Below are positions 53,751-64,000 of a DNA stretch of 64,000 nt, piece by piece (positions within the stretch are counted from its first letter, which is position 1; every line of letters starts with the position of its first letter). The position numbers and the translations under genes are program-made. Origin of the DNA: an uncultured Spirochaetota bacterium (GTDB taxonomy: Bacteria > Spirochaetota > Brevinematia > Brevinematales > JAOACQ01). The notes below the pieces were generated by a model. It did no database searches, was not told the DNA's origin, and saw only the letters and a list, made by a program, of their open reading frames with translations. The stretch lies in NCBI GenBank assembly GCA_963783575.1, contig CAWAOD010000009.1, positions 160,001 through 224,000 on the forward strand, read 5' to 3'.

Positions 53751-54809
53751 TTGCCCATATCATTTATTTCCGGATCAAAAAAAAGTTTAAATATAAAAAG
53801 TCTCGAACAAATCTGCTCAAGAAACATATCACTTTCCGGCCATTCTTCTTACGAGATAGGAGGAGAAGCCAATTATTTCGCACTTCCTGAAACAATTGAA
53901 GAAACAATACTATTGCTTAATATTTGTAAGAAATCAGGTATACCGTATTCTTTTTTTGGATTGGGTGCTAATATACTATTCCCGGATAAACCGCAAAAAG
54001 ATAAAATATTTATTTCCTTAAAAAAATGTATTGAACTTGAGTTAAATGAAGGCAGGCTATTTTTATCTGCAGGAATTCCTATAACATTCCTATCGATAAT
54101 AAGTCTTACTGCTGAAAGCGGCCGATTTGCATTTTCATATCTTTTACCGGGAAGCCTAGGCGCAGGAATATATATCAATGCCAAATACGGCGGGACACAG
54201 ATTTGCGATATAATCGATTCGGTTTATTATGTTGATACAAAACAGGATTCTCTTATTATTCAAAAAATCAAGACCGCCGATTGCGGATTCGATTATAAAA
54301 AATCCATTTTTCAGAATTCAGATTTTTTGATCCTGGGAACCGATATTTTAATTCCCGGCATCGACGGAGACAAAATGCAATTAATACAGAATTCATTCAT
54401 TAAGTTAAAAGAAAAAACTGAAATGTTTTCATCATTAAAAATTTTTTATAAATTATTTTCAATTGACCGGGATTTACTTCTCCAAAATCCGGGAAAAATA
54501 TCAGGAGAATATCTCGAAATAGAGCAATACCGGCTTGAAAAAAAACATTTTGAATATCCATCCTGCGGTTCGGTATTTAAAAATAATTATAATTTCGGTA
54601 AACCGATGGGAAAGGTAATTGAAGACCTTGGACTAAAGGGAAAATCTCATGGCGGCGCGATGATTTCACCTCATCATGGAAATATGATACTTAATATGAA
54701 CCACGCATCTGCATCGGATGTATTATATTTAATACAAATAATCAAAGATGCGGTATATAAAGCACATAATTTTATTCCCGAACTTGAAGTGGTTATAATG
54801 AAGGAATAA
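53751..54809 (+). CDS. murB: UDP-N-acetylmuramate dehydrogenase
   Basis: SYEIGGEA, GLGANILF, PGSLGAGIYINA, YPSCGSVFKN and HGNMILN...ELEV motifs. Confidence 0.88.
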   Translation: MPISFISGSKKSLNIKSLEQICSRNISLSGHSSYEIGGEANYFALPETIEETILLLNICKKSGIPYSFFGLGANILFPDKPQKDKIFISLKKCIELELNEGRLFLSAGIPITFLSIISLTAESGRFAFSYLLPGSLGAGIYINAKYGGTQICDIIDSVYYVDTKQDSLIIQKIKTADCGFDYKKSIFQNSDFLILGTDILIPGIDGDKMQLIQNSFIKLKEKTEMFSSLKIFYKLFSIDRDLLLQNPGKISGEYLEIEQYRLEKKHFEYPSCGSVFKNNYNFGKPMGKVIEDLGLKGKSHGGAMISPHHGNMILNMNHASASDVLYLIQIIKDAVYKAHNFIPELEVVIMKE

Positions 54810-54894
54810 AAATTCGGATAAACCAATCTTGAAACTTTCAGGTTTTTCTGGTATTTTTATAATATGGAATTTTGTAATAATAAAAGGAGATATT

Positions 54895-57000
54895 GTGCCC
54901 CGTTCAAACAAAGAAAACAAAGCGCAAAAAAAATTTACCGTTTTAAGGATTGTTATTGTAAGCCTACTTTTGGGCGAACTGCTCTCGTTCATAAGTACGC
55001 TGCCTCTTAATCTAAAATCCTTGGTAACAATTTTAAATCTTAATAAATCAAAGATTATCGAAATAAAAAAAAATAACGAGTTGAACCGGAAAGATTTAAA
55101 TCATAATATCTATGAGACAAACATTATCAATAAAAGTTTCGAAAGTTACCAGAAATTAAGCATTGCTCTGATTATTCCGGTTTTTTTTATAATTTTCTTA
55201 TATCATATCCCGGTTTATAGATATTTCAGAAAAATGAAACGAAAAAAAACCGTAAGTGAAAAACACAGGGAATTGGCAAAAAAAAGGCTCGCTAATTCAG
55301 CCGCTTTCCTGGCGATTATAGTATTTCTCTGGTATGCTCTCAGCTATATTCCATATCTATTCTTCGGTCAAAATCCTAAAAACCTCATCAATTTCAATTT
55401 AACCGAATTAACCAATAATTTCGTGATTATAAAAATGTTATCATCTCTTCTGACAATTTTATTTGTATATCTATGGCAAAACCACAGAGTTAAAACACAT
55501 TTTATTCAATCCGTATTTACCGGTGAAGAGCTGAGGACAAGGCACCATTACGGTCCATCACTAAAAATCAAACGCCAGATGATAATATCAACCCTTTTGA
55601 CAACATTTCTTCCTTTAATACTGATAATATTTTATCTTTTTACTTTTATTACTTATTTCCCTGTTCATGGAAGTCTTTCTCCTGAACAAATGAGCCTATT
55701 TTTATCCAGCTACCAGGAGTTTTTTAACAACCTGGGTATTCCTTATATGGACTTTATAAAAAATATGAATAGTATTAATTATTTTAACGCAGTTGACACA
55801 TTTTTCCTTTTTATAAGCATCTTTATGGGAGTATTAATAACTCTTTTTTATTTGTACTGCATTACAAGATGGACTATTGCCGAAATTATCCTGCCGGTCA
55901 AGGAACTTCAAAACCTTATGAAAGATGTTTCAATAGGAAATTATCAAAATTTTGCAGTTGTCAGAAACAATGATGAAATAGGTGAACTATCGGAAGGCTA
56001 CAATATTATGCTTTCATTCATTCAGAAAAATACTTCGGAAATTACAAAATTGAACCAGGATCTGGTTGTGCTCAATAGAGAATTGGAACAAAAAGTTGAG
56101 GAGCGGACCGGAGAACTTCAGAAGCTTAATAAAGAACTGCAGACAGAGGTTGAGGAAAGGATTAGGGTTGAAGAAGCTCTTCTTAATACAAACAATAAGC
56201 TTATGAGCCGGAATGAAATTATGGAGGGTGAACTTGAGATGGCGAGAAAGATCCAGATGAGGCTCATACCCAGTAAAAGCCCGCATCCCTCCATATCTTT
56301 TTATTATAAACCGATGGACAAAGTCGGCGGTGACTATTACGATTTTGTCCTTTTTGACTCTGGAGGCAAACAAAAAAAAGTCCCTGATTATGTTGGGATC
56401 TTCATTAGTGATGTTTCAGGACATGGCGTTCCGGCAGCTTTCATAACATCTATGATTAAGGGCGCTGTAACACAGGGCGGAGACATTCTTTATGAACCGG
56501 CGGAATTTTTATTATACCTTAATGATTTTTTAATAGCTCAGACCAGCGGTAATTTTGTAACCGCTTTTTATTGTATTTACAATTTACAAAACAAAGAGCT
56601 TGTTTTCTCAAATGCGGGGCATAATCATCCTTATATAATAACCGGGAATGGAATTTCAATGATGCAGGCTGAAAAATCGAGTATCCCTCTTGCTATAATG
56701 GATAGTTCGGAATTATACTCGGCGAAAAAATCATACAGGAACGAAAAAGTAACCCTTCCGGACAATTCCAAACTCCTGTTATATACTGACGGGCTTGTGG
56801 AAGCTGTAAATATTAAGGATAAATACAGCACAGATAAAATGGAGGATTTTGAAACCCAATGTATAATTAATGTTATGGAGGATATCAAGAATGAAACTTC
56901 CCCTGTTTTTATAAAAAAAATGGCCGAAAGGCTGATAGAATTCAGGGGAACAAATAATTTTGACGATGATGTGTGTATGGTCTGTGTTGACATACCATAA
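54895..57000 (+). CDS. Membrane sensor with HAMP and SpoIIE/PP2C phosphatase domain
   Basis: GTG start after AAGGAG; multiple TMs; NDEIGEL; VGGDYYD, DVSGHGVPAA, YTDG and DDDVC motifs. Confidence 0.92.
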   Translation: MPRSNKENKAQKKFTVLRIVIVSLLLGELLSFISTLPLNLKSLVTILNLNKSKIIEIKKNNELNRKDLNHNIYETNIINKSFESYQKLSIALIIPVFFIIFLYHIPVYRYFRKMKRKKTVSEKHRELAKKRLANSAAFLAIIVFLWYALSYIPYLFFGQNPKNLINFNLTELTNNFVIIKMLSSLLTILFVYLWQNHRVKTHFIQSVFTGEELRTRHHYGPSLKIKRQMIISTLLTTFLPLILIIFYLFTFITYFPVHGSLSPEQMSLFLSSYQEFFNNLGIPYMDFIKNMNSINYFNAVDTFFLFISIFMGVLITLFYLYCITRWTIAEIILPVKELQNLMKDVSIGNYQNFAVVRNNDEIGELSEGYNIMLSFIQKNTSEITKLNQDLVVLNRELEQKVEERTGELQKLNKELQTEVEERIRVEEALLNTNNKLMSRNEIMEGELEMARKIQMRLIPSKSPHPSISFYYKPMDKVGGDYYDFVLFDSGGKQKKVPDYVGIFISDVSGHGVPAAFITSMIKGAVTQGGDILYEPAEFLLYLNDFLIAQTSGNFVTAFYCIYNLQNKELVFSNAGHNHPYIITGNGISMMQAEKSSIPLAIMDSSELYSAKKSYRNEKVTLPDNSKLLLYTDGLVEAVNIKDKYSTDKMEDFETQCIINVMEDIKNETSPVFIKKMAERLIEFRGTNNFDDDVCMVCVDIP

Positions 57001-57033
57001 GTTATCCGGAGGATAACTTATGGCGTGGCAACT

Positions 57034-57076
57034 TGTAGTTTTAATATCATCCTGAACGGATGATATTAAAACTACA
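57034..57076. repeat. Perfect 19-bp hairpin, GTAG-type REP-like (may act as bidirectional terminator)
   Basis: TGTAGTTTTAATATCATCC-TGAAC-GGATGATATTAAAACTACA between convergent genes. Confidence 0.75.
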
Positions 57077-57178
57077 CTGTTGAAACAAAAAGAATCGGTA
57101 AGGTCATTGCGAGTTAAACTTTCTTCTAAGCTTGCGCGAAGTAATCCGCCTAGCATTAAAACAAGACTGATTCAGGAA

Positions 57179-57850
57179 CTAAATAAATAATTTTGAAATC
57201 TTCTTATAATTAATTTCGGTAATAGAATCAACGATCATTGTTGCTTTTGATAGATCCTGATTTCCTGAATGTATATTCCTGTATCCTATGCATTTCATAC
57301 CAGCGGTAATTGCCGCTGCTACGCCATGGGTAGCATCCTCAATTACCAGGCATTCCTCTGGCTGGACTTTAAGCACTTCTGCGGCTTTCAGAAAAATATC
57401 CGGAAATGGCTTGCTTTTCTCGACCTGATCCCCGCTTATTATTATTTTAAAATAGGAACCAATCCCTAGTTTTTCAAGGACCGCATCTATAAAGTCTTTT
57501 GTCGATGACGAAGCTATCGCCGTTGGAATTCGTTTCTCTTTTAGTTCCGATAGAAGCTCATCAATACCGGGTACAAATCCGTCATTATAATCCTTAAGCA
57601 TAATTATCCTTAAATCGGCCTGCATCTTCATCAGCTCTTTTACGCTTTTTATCAGCGAGTACTTTTCTTTCAATTCACTCCAGACAATAAAATTGGCAAC
57701 ACCGACATACCTGCTCAGTTCTTCATCGGTTATTTCACCGCCGTTATTTTTTAATACAGTTTTGGCGGCTTTAAACTGCAGCGGCTCACTGTTGATAATT
57801 ACGCCGTCAAGATCAAAAATAACTGCTTTTAACATAAATTTCCTTACCAC
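57179..57850 (-). CDS. HAD family phosphatase (beta-PGM-like)
   Basis: FDLDGV, ASSS, KPFPDIF and IEDATHG motifs. Confidence 0.93.
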   Translation of the reverse strand: MVRKFMLKAVIFDLDGVIINSEPLQFKAAKTVLKNNGGEITDEELSRYVGVANFIVWSELKEKYSLIKSVKELMKMQADLRIIMLKDYNDGFVPGIDELLSELKEKRIPTAIASSSTKDFIDAVLEKLGIGSYFKIIISGDQVEKSKPFPDIFLKAAEVLKVQPEECLVIEDATHGVAAAITAGMKCIGYRNIHSGNQDLSKATMIVDSITEINYKKISKLFI

Positions 57851-58474
57851 CTATAAAATTTTTAAGACAATTTCACTTACAACTTTCCCTAATTTCGCAT
57901 GTTCCGCTTCATCAAAATGTATGCCATCCGAATCGCTTGAAACAATGACTTTCCCGGCGTCAAGAAAATAGCATTTTAATTCTCTCGCTTCAATTTCAAA
58001 GAATTTTGACAACTCTTTTGACTTTTCCGCACCGCCCCTGAACATTTCCGAGAAATAATTTAGTTTACCGAGAGGCGGGGGGCAAATCAACAATACTTCT
58101 AGCGCTTTTTCATTGCGGCCGTACCGGCTGTTTTTAACCATATCGATAAGAACCCCGGCCCCTTTCGCTATATCGAACGAAGTCAGTGAAAACCTGTGCT
58201 TGAGGTCATTTGTCCCAAGCAGAAAGATAACAAGATCAAGCGGATTATGGCTGTCAAGACAGGGGATAAGGTATTCTTTCCCGCTTTTATATCCTTCTAT
58301 CGGATCATCCCAGACGGTTGTCCTGCCGCAAAGCCCTTCTTCGACTACCTCATATCCATTACCAAGTATATTTCTAAGAACGCCCGGCCAGCGTTTGTTT
58401 CTTTCCATCCTGCTCCAATCACGCGGAGAAGCTCCCCAGGTATTGGAATCGCCATAACAAAGAATTGATTTCAT
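57851..58474 (-). CDS. SGNH/GDSL hydrolase (arylesterase-like)
   Basis: GDSNTWG, EEGLCGRT, LGTND and DGIH motifs. Confidence 0.95.
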   Translation of the reverse strand: MKSILCYGDSNTWGASPRDWSRMERNKRWPGVLRNILGNGYEVVEEGLCGRTTVWDDPIEGYKSGKEYLIPCLDSHNPLDLVIFLLGTNDLKHRFSLTSFDIAKGAGVLIDMVKNSRYGRNEKALEVLLICPPPLGKLNYFSEMFRGGAEKSKELSKFFEIEARELKCYFLDAGKVIVSSDSDGIHFDEAEHAKLGKVVSEIVLKIL

Positions 58475-58493
58475 AAGAATTCTCCTATCTTTC

Positions 58494-58512
58494 TATTTCA
58501 CCACAGAGGCAC
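58494..58512 (+). repeat. 19-bp direct repeat, copy 1
   Basis: TATTTCACCACAGAGGCAC, identical to 59537-59555. Confidence 0.85.
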
Positions 58513-58589
58513 AAAGACACTGAGTTTTTTATATTATAATTACATCTAACACTTATTTATTATGCATAACTTTGGCTTCTTAGTGGTTT

Positions 58590-58736
58590 AATAAACTACC
58601 CCGCAGTAAGCTGGTGTATTACTTAAGAACACTTAAGGAATCGAAGCAAAGCTATACACAACTTTGTTGCGTAAGGAATCTAATCCGGGTCAAGAAGCAT
58701 GCCATGAGTATAATGAAGGGTCACGCTTGTTAAAAC
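58590..58736. repeat. Dispersed REP-like composite repeat, copy B
   Basis: Blocks identical to 3731-3753 and 3819-3834; begins ATAAACTACCCCGCAGTAAGCTG. Confidence 0.8.
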
Positions 58737-58811
58737 AAATTTTTAAGGCATAAAGCGATACAATGAGTTTAACGAATGGACGGGAAGACTTAATCACGAT
58801 AATAACTTTTA

Positions 58812-59021
58812 TCAAACCTTCTCATAACTGTATTTCACAGGCAGAACCTTTTCTAGATCGACATTCTTCGAAGCGTCCAGAATCTCAATACCAACAATCT
58901 TGCTGTCTTCACCAACATCCAGTACCATTTCATCGCTGACGCGCTGATTAATCACTTCCTGCTTTTTCTCATCCAAGCGAATATATAAAAGGTCTGTACC
59001 CGGATTATATATTATATCCAT
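58812..59021 (-). CDS. DUF2283 family protein (putative antitoxin)
   Basis: YNPGTDLLYIRL...IVGIEILDAS. Confidence 0.88.
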   Translation of the reverse strand: MDIIYNPGTDLLYIRLDEKKQEVINQRVSDEMVLDVGEDSKIVGIEILDASKNVDLEKVLPVKYSYEKV

Positions 59022-59030
59022 GATCGCCTC

Positions 59031-59292
59031 CTACCGCCATTTTCCGTAAAAAACATACACAGTTATAGTTATAATTTCATTGTTTTCATCAAGGTAATAT
59101 ACTTCGACCAGTTTTTGTTCATAGTATCTACCGAACCGTTCTTTTTTGTAATTAAAGACTTTTCGCTTTTCCTTTCCTATTGTATCTGGCTTCTACAGGA
59201 TAGTCTGTTTCAATTACATCAATAATCTCGGTTTCGTTCGTTCCTCTTTCTTCAGCCCGCTCCAGCGTATGCGGCTCTATTCGGATAATCAT
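59031..59292 (-). CDS. DUF4258-like putative toxin, one-base frameshift near 59160
   Basis: MIIRIEPHTLERAEERG..E.EI..VI; removing one A in GCGAAAAGTC gives ...AKVFNY...ITITVYVFYGKWR*; directly upstream of DUF2283. Confidence 0.75.
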
Positions 59293-59536
59293 ATTTAATT
59301 CCTGATATCTCCAATTTCAAACTTAACAAGCAAATTTTCGTTAATAATAATCACACTTATCGTCTGTTTATAAAAAATCCAATACAAAATTTTAATTTTC
59401 TCCAGTTGTTATAAAAGAATATTATAATAGAATAACCTGGATTGTCAATGTATATAAAAAATTACTTAATTTTATAAATTTATTACTTGAGATGACAAAG
59501 ACAATCTCTTTTTCTTTTTGATTTCTCTTTTCTTTT

Positions 59537-59555
59537 TATTTCACCACAGAGGCAC
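59537..59555 (+). repeat. 19-bp direct repeat, copy 2
   Basis: TATTTCACCACAGAGGCAC, identical to 58494-58512. Confidence 0.85.
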
Positions 59556-59600
59556 TGAGACTCAAAGTTTTTTGTTAGGTGTAAATAAATCTATCACGGT

Positions 59601-59919
59601 TTATAAATTAATTGATTTTTTTTCTGATTCAATGATAGAATCGGGAGTATTTTTTACCGGAACAGAATAATACAATAATTCTTCCTTACTTGGAACCCAA
59701 AACAAATTTCTTCCGGGAAATACAGGATAATATTTCTTTTGATTGGTTAAATAATCCATTGAAATAAACAAGGTGATGGAAGTTCTGACGGGTCGAAATA
59801 TATCGCTTTCCCGTTTTAGCAATAGCGCCATCCCAGACAATATCATTTGTTTTTTCCTGGGCGAAAATAGAATTACCAAGTATTAAAATAAATATAGTCA
59901 ATGCTATATATCCCTTCAT
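59601..59919 (-). CDS. Small exported hypothetical protein, probably frameshift-split
   Basis: AAGGAGG RBS and signal peptide in ORF 59686-59919; overlapping ORF 59601-59879 may supply the C-terminus. Confidence 0.4.
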
Positions 59920-60087
59920 ATCAGCCTCCTTTTTTAGGATTATTGCTATTACAGTTAAACCACTCCGGTATTTTAATTTTCGAAATAAGTTATAGATTTT
60001 ATAAGGATTTACCTTATGTTCCTTTAAGCAAATATTATAATTATTGGTATTCCAAATTGCTAATTTATCAAATTTACATCTTAAGAC

Positions 60088-60134
60088 TTGACATATTAAT
60101 AATATTAAATTATACTGAATATACTTAAGTATAT
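60088..60134 (+). promoter_or_regulatory. Sigma70 promoter plus perfect 16-bp palindromic operator
   Basis: TTGACA-17-TATACT, then ATATACTTAAGTATAT (60119-60134). Confidence 0.7.
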
Positions 60135-60159
60135 ATTAACATTATACAGGAGGTCACTC

Positions 60160-60915
60160 ATGGATCAGATAGACAAAAACCGTTTTTTTGAAATGCCGGA
60201 AATATTCGACAATCTTGCACAATTTATGGTTCCGCAATATGACTTTCTCCAGGATGAAATCTTCAGGATTATCTCGTTTGAAAACGATAAACCCATATCC
60301 ATAATTGATTTGGGAGGCGGCAGCGGCATCTGGCTGGAAAAATTTCTCAAACGTTATAAAAATGCACAAGTTTTCTGGGTCGATTATTCAAAAGCTTTTC
60401 TCGATATTGCCGGAAAAAGGCTCGACAAATTTAGCGATAGGGTTAAATACATACTTTCAAAGTTTGAAGACAATTGGGAGAGTGAAATAAAAGTAAACCC
60501 GGATATTATAGTATCTATGTCATCAATTCATCACCTTGAAACTCAGGAGAAAAAGAGGCTTTATAAGAGAATTTATGACATTCTGAATCCCGGAGGATGG
60601 TTCTTTAATATTGATGAAATGAAGACTTTATATCAGGACAGTTACCTGCAGAGTATGGAATTCTGGGGCCGGTATTCGGCTGAAGCTGGAAATAGTCTGT
60701 CGGAGGAGAAACAAATTTTTCTCCCAAGCTGGAATAAGCATTTTGAAAACTGGAAGCTAAGAAACATTAAACAATCCGGTTCCACAAAACAAAAGGGAGA
60801 TGATATACATGATCCTTTTCTTGACCAGCTTGAATGGCTTCATGAAATCGGCTTTAATAATGCGGATTTGTTTATGAAATATCATTTATGGAGTGTAATC
60901 GGCGGCCGAAAGTAA
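60160..60915 (+). CDS. Class I SAM-dependent methyltransferase (CmoA-like)
   Basis: IDLGGGSG, VDYS, SSIHHL and LNPGGWF motifs. Confidence 0.88.
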   Translation: MDQIDKNRFFEMPEIFDNLAQFMVPQYDFLQDEIFRIISFENDKPISIIDLGGGSGIWLEKFLKRYKNAQVFWVDYSKAFLDIAGKRLDKFSDRVKYILSKFEDNWESEIKVNPDIIVSMSSIHHLETQEKKRLYKRIYDILNPGGWFFNIDEMKTLYQDSYLQSMEFWGRYSAEAGNSLSEEKQIFLPSWNKHFENWKLRNIKQSGSTKQKGDDIHDPFLDQLEWLHEIGFNNADLFMKYHLWSVIGGRK

Positions 60916-61000
60916 AAGCTTAGCATTATATATAACCATTAATTTGACATTATACAGATTTAATTTATAATATATGGAAATTTTTTTGGGTGGTAGCTCC

Positions 61001-61429
61001 ATGAAGACATTTTCGTTAAAAGCTTCTGAAATTAAAAGGGACTGGTATATCATAGACGCTAATAATCAGCCGCTTGGAAGGATTGCGTCAAAAGCCGCTT
61101 TTGTGCTGATGGGCAAACATAAACCAACATATACTCAGCATCTGGATAATGGAGATTACGTTATTATTATAAACGCTGAAAAGATTTTGTTAACCGGGCG
61201 GAAAGCCAAAAATATGAAATATTATCATTATTCGGGCTATGTCGGCGGTTTGAGGGAAGTCCCTTTCAAAGATATGCTTGCAAAAAAGCCGCTTTTCCCT
61301 CTGGAGAAGGCAATCAAAGGTATGCTCCCGAAAAATCATCTTGCCAGGGATATGTACAAAAAATTGTATTTGTTTGAAGGTCCCGAACATAACCTGAAAA
61401 ATAAAGAATTGAAACCGCTCGAGATATAA
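61001..61429 (+). CDS. rplM: 50S ribosomal protein L13
   Basis: [32 protein letters not shown] and KGMLPKN motifs. Confidence 0.97.
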   Translation: MKTFSLKASEIKRDWYIIDANNQPLGRIASKAAFVLMGKHKPTYTQHLDNGDYVIIINAEKILLTGRKAKNMKYYHYSGYVGGLREVPFKDMLAKKPLFPLEKAIKGMLPKNHLARDMYKKLYLFEGPEHNLKNKELKPLEI

Positions 61430-61448
61430 ATATCGGAGGATTACAATT

Positions 61449-61841
61449 ATGACAGATAAAATATACGCGACAGGCAGAAGGAAAACAAGCGTAGCAAGGG
61501 TTTTTCTTATCCCGAAGGGTAATGGAAAAATTACTGTAAATGGGAAAAAGATGGAAGAATACTTTCCCGCAAATTATTGGGAAATTGTAAAAATGCCCCT
61601 CACAATGACAGAAATTCTGGATAAATGCGATGTTTTTATAACCGTTAAAGGTGGCGGTATGACCGGGCAATCAGAAGCAATCAGGCACGGATTGTCAAGG
61701 GCCGTAGATAAAATGGATAAGGATAAATTCCACAAAACTTTAAAATCCGCCGGTTATCTGACAAGAGACCCAAGAATGGTACAGAGGAAGAAATACGGGC
61801 TCAAAAAAGCGAGAAAAGGTCCCCAGTACTCAAAACGTTAA
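61449..61841 (+). CDS. rpsI: 30S ribosomal protein S9
   Basis: [19 protein letters not shown] and [18 protein letters not shown] motifs. Confidence 0.98.
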   Translation: MTDKIYATGRRKTSVARVFLIPKGNGKITVNGKKMEEYFPANYWEIVKMPLTMTEILDKCDVFITVKGGGMTGQSEAIRHGLSRAVDKMDKDKFHKTLKSAGYLTRDPRMVQRKKYGLKKARKGPQYSKR

Positions 61842-61856
61842 TTATTATTTTCATAT

Positions 61857-61890
61857 AAAAAAACATCCCGTGTTTGCGGGACGTTTTTTT
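61857..61890. terminator. Bidirectional intrinsic terminator
   Basis: AAAAAAACATCCCGTGTTTGCGGGACGTTTTTTT between convergent genes. Confidence 0.75.
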
Positions 61891-62917
61891 ATATATACTT
61901 ACCGCCGCTTGCTTTTATAAGCCGGTTCATTATTGCCCTTCCAATTCCACTCTCTTCAACGCTCTGCGCGACAATTTCATCGGCATTGTTATCATCAAAA
62001 AAAGCCATAGTCTTATAAAGATCCCGCGCATATTCCTCAAGATTTTTGCATTGTATTACCATAAAACCATCCGAATTATCTAAAATTTCATTTAAAAGAA
62101 TAATTCCGACTTTTTTACCGGGAAACCTGTTTTTTATTCTATCCATGCTAATATTATTTGATAAATAAACTTCCGCCCGTGGTTTATAATGAGTATATTT
62201 TATTCCGGGCGATGAAGGTGATTTATGATAATTTTCAATAATATCATCGGTAAGATTAATATTAAAGTCATAACCCAATACGGAATATATCATTTCTTCG
62301 GTTACCGCTCCGGGGCGCAGGATCCTGACCCCGCCATTTTCAATACTTAAAACAGTTGATTCCAGTCCGACTTCACAATCTCCGCCGTCGATAATGGCGT
62401 CAACCCTGCCGTTCATTTCGTTATAAGCCATGTTCAGTGTTGTTGGGCTTGGTTTGCCGGACAGGTTTGCGGATGGTGCCGCAATTGGAAGACCGGTTTC
62501 TTTTAAAAGCGCTAATGCGGCCGGATGGGAAGGAATCCTTACGGCGACCGTATCAAGTCCGGCTGTAACATTATATGGTATTTTCTCGTTTTTAGGTAGA
62601 ACTACAGTTAAAGGGCCGGGAGAAAACGCCTCAAACAATTTATATGCAATATCAGGTATTTCTCTTGCCGCCTCATTCAATTTTGTAATACCAGGTATAT
62701 GCACTATCAATGGATTGTCTGAAGGCCTTCCCTTAGCGGCGAATATCAATTGTACGGCATTTTCATCAAAAGCGTTGGCGCCAAGCCCATAAACGGTTTC
62801 GGTTGGAAAAACAAGGATTCCACCGCTCCTGATAATATTAACAGATTTTTTCAATCCTTCATTATTATTTAATAAGTCTTTAACTATGATTGTTTTTTTC
62901 TCCATATCATAATCCAT
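61889..62917 (-). CDS. sua5: Threonylcarbamoyl-AMP synthase (Sua5/TsaC with SUA5 domain)
   Basis: FPTETVYGLGA, KGRPSDNPLIVH, APSANLSGKPSPT and SPGIKYTHY motifs. Confidence 0.95.
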   Translation of the reverse strand: MDYDMEKKTIIVKDLLNNNEGLKKSVNIIRSGGILVFPTETVYGLGANAFDENAVQLIFAAKGRPSDNPLIVHIPGITKLNEAAREIPDIAYKLFEAFSPGPLTVVLPKNEKIPYNVTAGLDTVAVRIPSHPAALALLKETGLPIAAPSANLSGKPSPTTLNMAYNEMNGRVDAIIDGGDCEVGLESTVLSIENGGVRILRPGAVTEEMIYSVLGYDFNINLTDDIIENYHKSPSSPGIKYTHYKPRAEVYLSNNISMDRIKNRFPGKKVGIILLNEILDNSDGFMVIQCKNLEEYARDLYKTMAFFDDNNADEIVAQSVEESGIGRAIMNRLIKASGGKYI

Positions 62918-64000
62918 TAGTCAGACTTTCAAGAACATTCCAATACTCTTCTGCGATTTTTGAATTAGAAAAATTTTTTACCCTTTCAAAACCCTTGTTT
63001 ATCAATTCAATTTTCAGATTTGAATCAGTTATAACCCTGATTATGCCTTCAGCAATACCATTAGATGAATAAGGATTGACATAATAAGCCGCTTCTCTGC
63101 AAATCTCATGGAGCGGGGCAATATCGGACACAACAACAGGACAGCCGCAAGCCATTGCTTCAATGGGAGGCAAGCCGAATCCTTCATAAAAAGATGGAAG
63201 GACTAATAGATCCGCAAAATTATATAAATCGATCAGCTTATTATCATCGACAATACCGGTAAATATTACCTGATTTTCAAGATGAAGATTTTTAATTATT
63301 AAATCAATATTATCAAGTCTTGTTATAAAATCTTCCTTCTGTCCCGTAATAATTAATTTATAATTCTTATAATCATTATTTATTTTTTTAAATGCATTAA
63401 GTAAACCTATGATATTTTTATGAGGTTTGACATTTCCCACAAAAAGAATAAATTTTTCATTTTCTTCAAGACATGATCCACTCATAAACCTCATTTTCTC
63501 CTGAAATGAGTATTCTTTTTTCATAAATTTAACTTCAGGCGATCGATATATTATTTTTATCTTACCGATTTGTTTGATGTCCAGATTTAACCGGCCGATA
63601 ATCTCATCTCTTGTAAATTGAGAAATCGCAATAAGTAAATTCGAATTTTTAACAGCGTTTTTAAATAGAAACTTCGCATATAATTTTGCAAGGGGATTTA
63701 GTTTCGACATTTGTGTAATCTGAAAAACATCATGAATTGTTACAATTCTTTTTTTTGCCGGGATTTTAAAAACCGGCGCATTGAATTGCGGAGACCAGAA
63801 AATATCAGCTGGAGGAATTTTTTTAATAAATTCATATTGTTCAATTGGAGAATAAATTTTTGAATTCATTTCAATTACTTCAGCCTGATATTCTGAAAGA
63901 GCTTTTTTGCTGCCGAGGAGAATAACCTCATATTTCCACAATATATAAGGTAAAATAGAGCGAATATAACGTCCGATACCAGACATGCTAATCATTCTGG
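62907..64000 (-). CDS. Glycosyltransferase family 4 (N-terminus probably beyond the window)
   Basis: SGIGRY, VTIHD, KPHKN and PSFYEGFGLPPIEAMACG motifs. Confidence 0.93.
   Translation of the reverse strand, partial: RMISMSGIGRYIRSILPYILWKYEVILLGSKKALSEYQAEVIEMNSKIYSPIEQYEFIKKIPPADIFWSPQFNAPVFKIPAKKRIVTIHDVFQITQMSKLNPLAKLYAKFLFKNAVKNSNLLIAISQFTRDEIIGRLNLDIKQIGKIKIIYRSPEVKFMKKEYSFQEKMRFMSGSCLEENEKFILFVGNVKPHKNIIGLLNAFKKINNDYKNYKLIITGQKEDFITRLDNIDLIIKNLHLENQVIFTGIVDDNKLIDLYNFADLLVLPSFYEGFGLPPIEAMACGCPVVVSDIAPLHEICREAAYYVNPYSSNGIAEGIIRVITDSNLKIELINKGFERVKNFSNSKIAEEYWNVLESLTNGL

Overview
AT-rich bacterial chromosome segment, probably from a spirochaete-like metagenome assembly (inferred from gene content only). 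Housekeeping genes (alaA, asd, recQ, carboxyspermidine dehydrogenase/nspC, lemA-TPM, murB, rplM-rpsI, SUA5) are interspersed with accessory TetR/MarR-regulated efflux, redox and methyltransferase operons. Mobile DNA: (i) a complete IS110 element with a visible bridge-RNA-like left end, inserted into a Shine-Dalgarno site; (ii) a complete group II intron inserted antisense into a ketopantoate-reductase-family gene; (iii) a degenerate attC-like cassette region carrying a GIY-YIG gene and a FliG-C/MotA-like fusion plus an ECF sigma; (iv) several REP/MITE-like repeats. The best candidate for an undescribed system is the divergent locus at 29.1-38.7 kb. It holds an SPT/BioF-like alpha-oxoamine synthase, a stand-alone PilZ protein, a FemAB/BioF2-like GNAT fused to PilZ, a V4R/H-NOX-like sensor kinase, a LacI-type sensor kinase and two receiver proteins, i.e. 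a possible c-di-GMP-gated amino-lipid signal synthesis and sensing circuit. At least five isolated single-base frameshifts suggest long-read indel errors, so split genes should be treated cautiously. No rRNA, tRNA or CRISPR array was seen.
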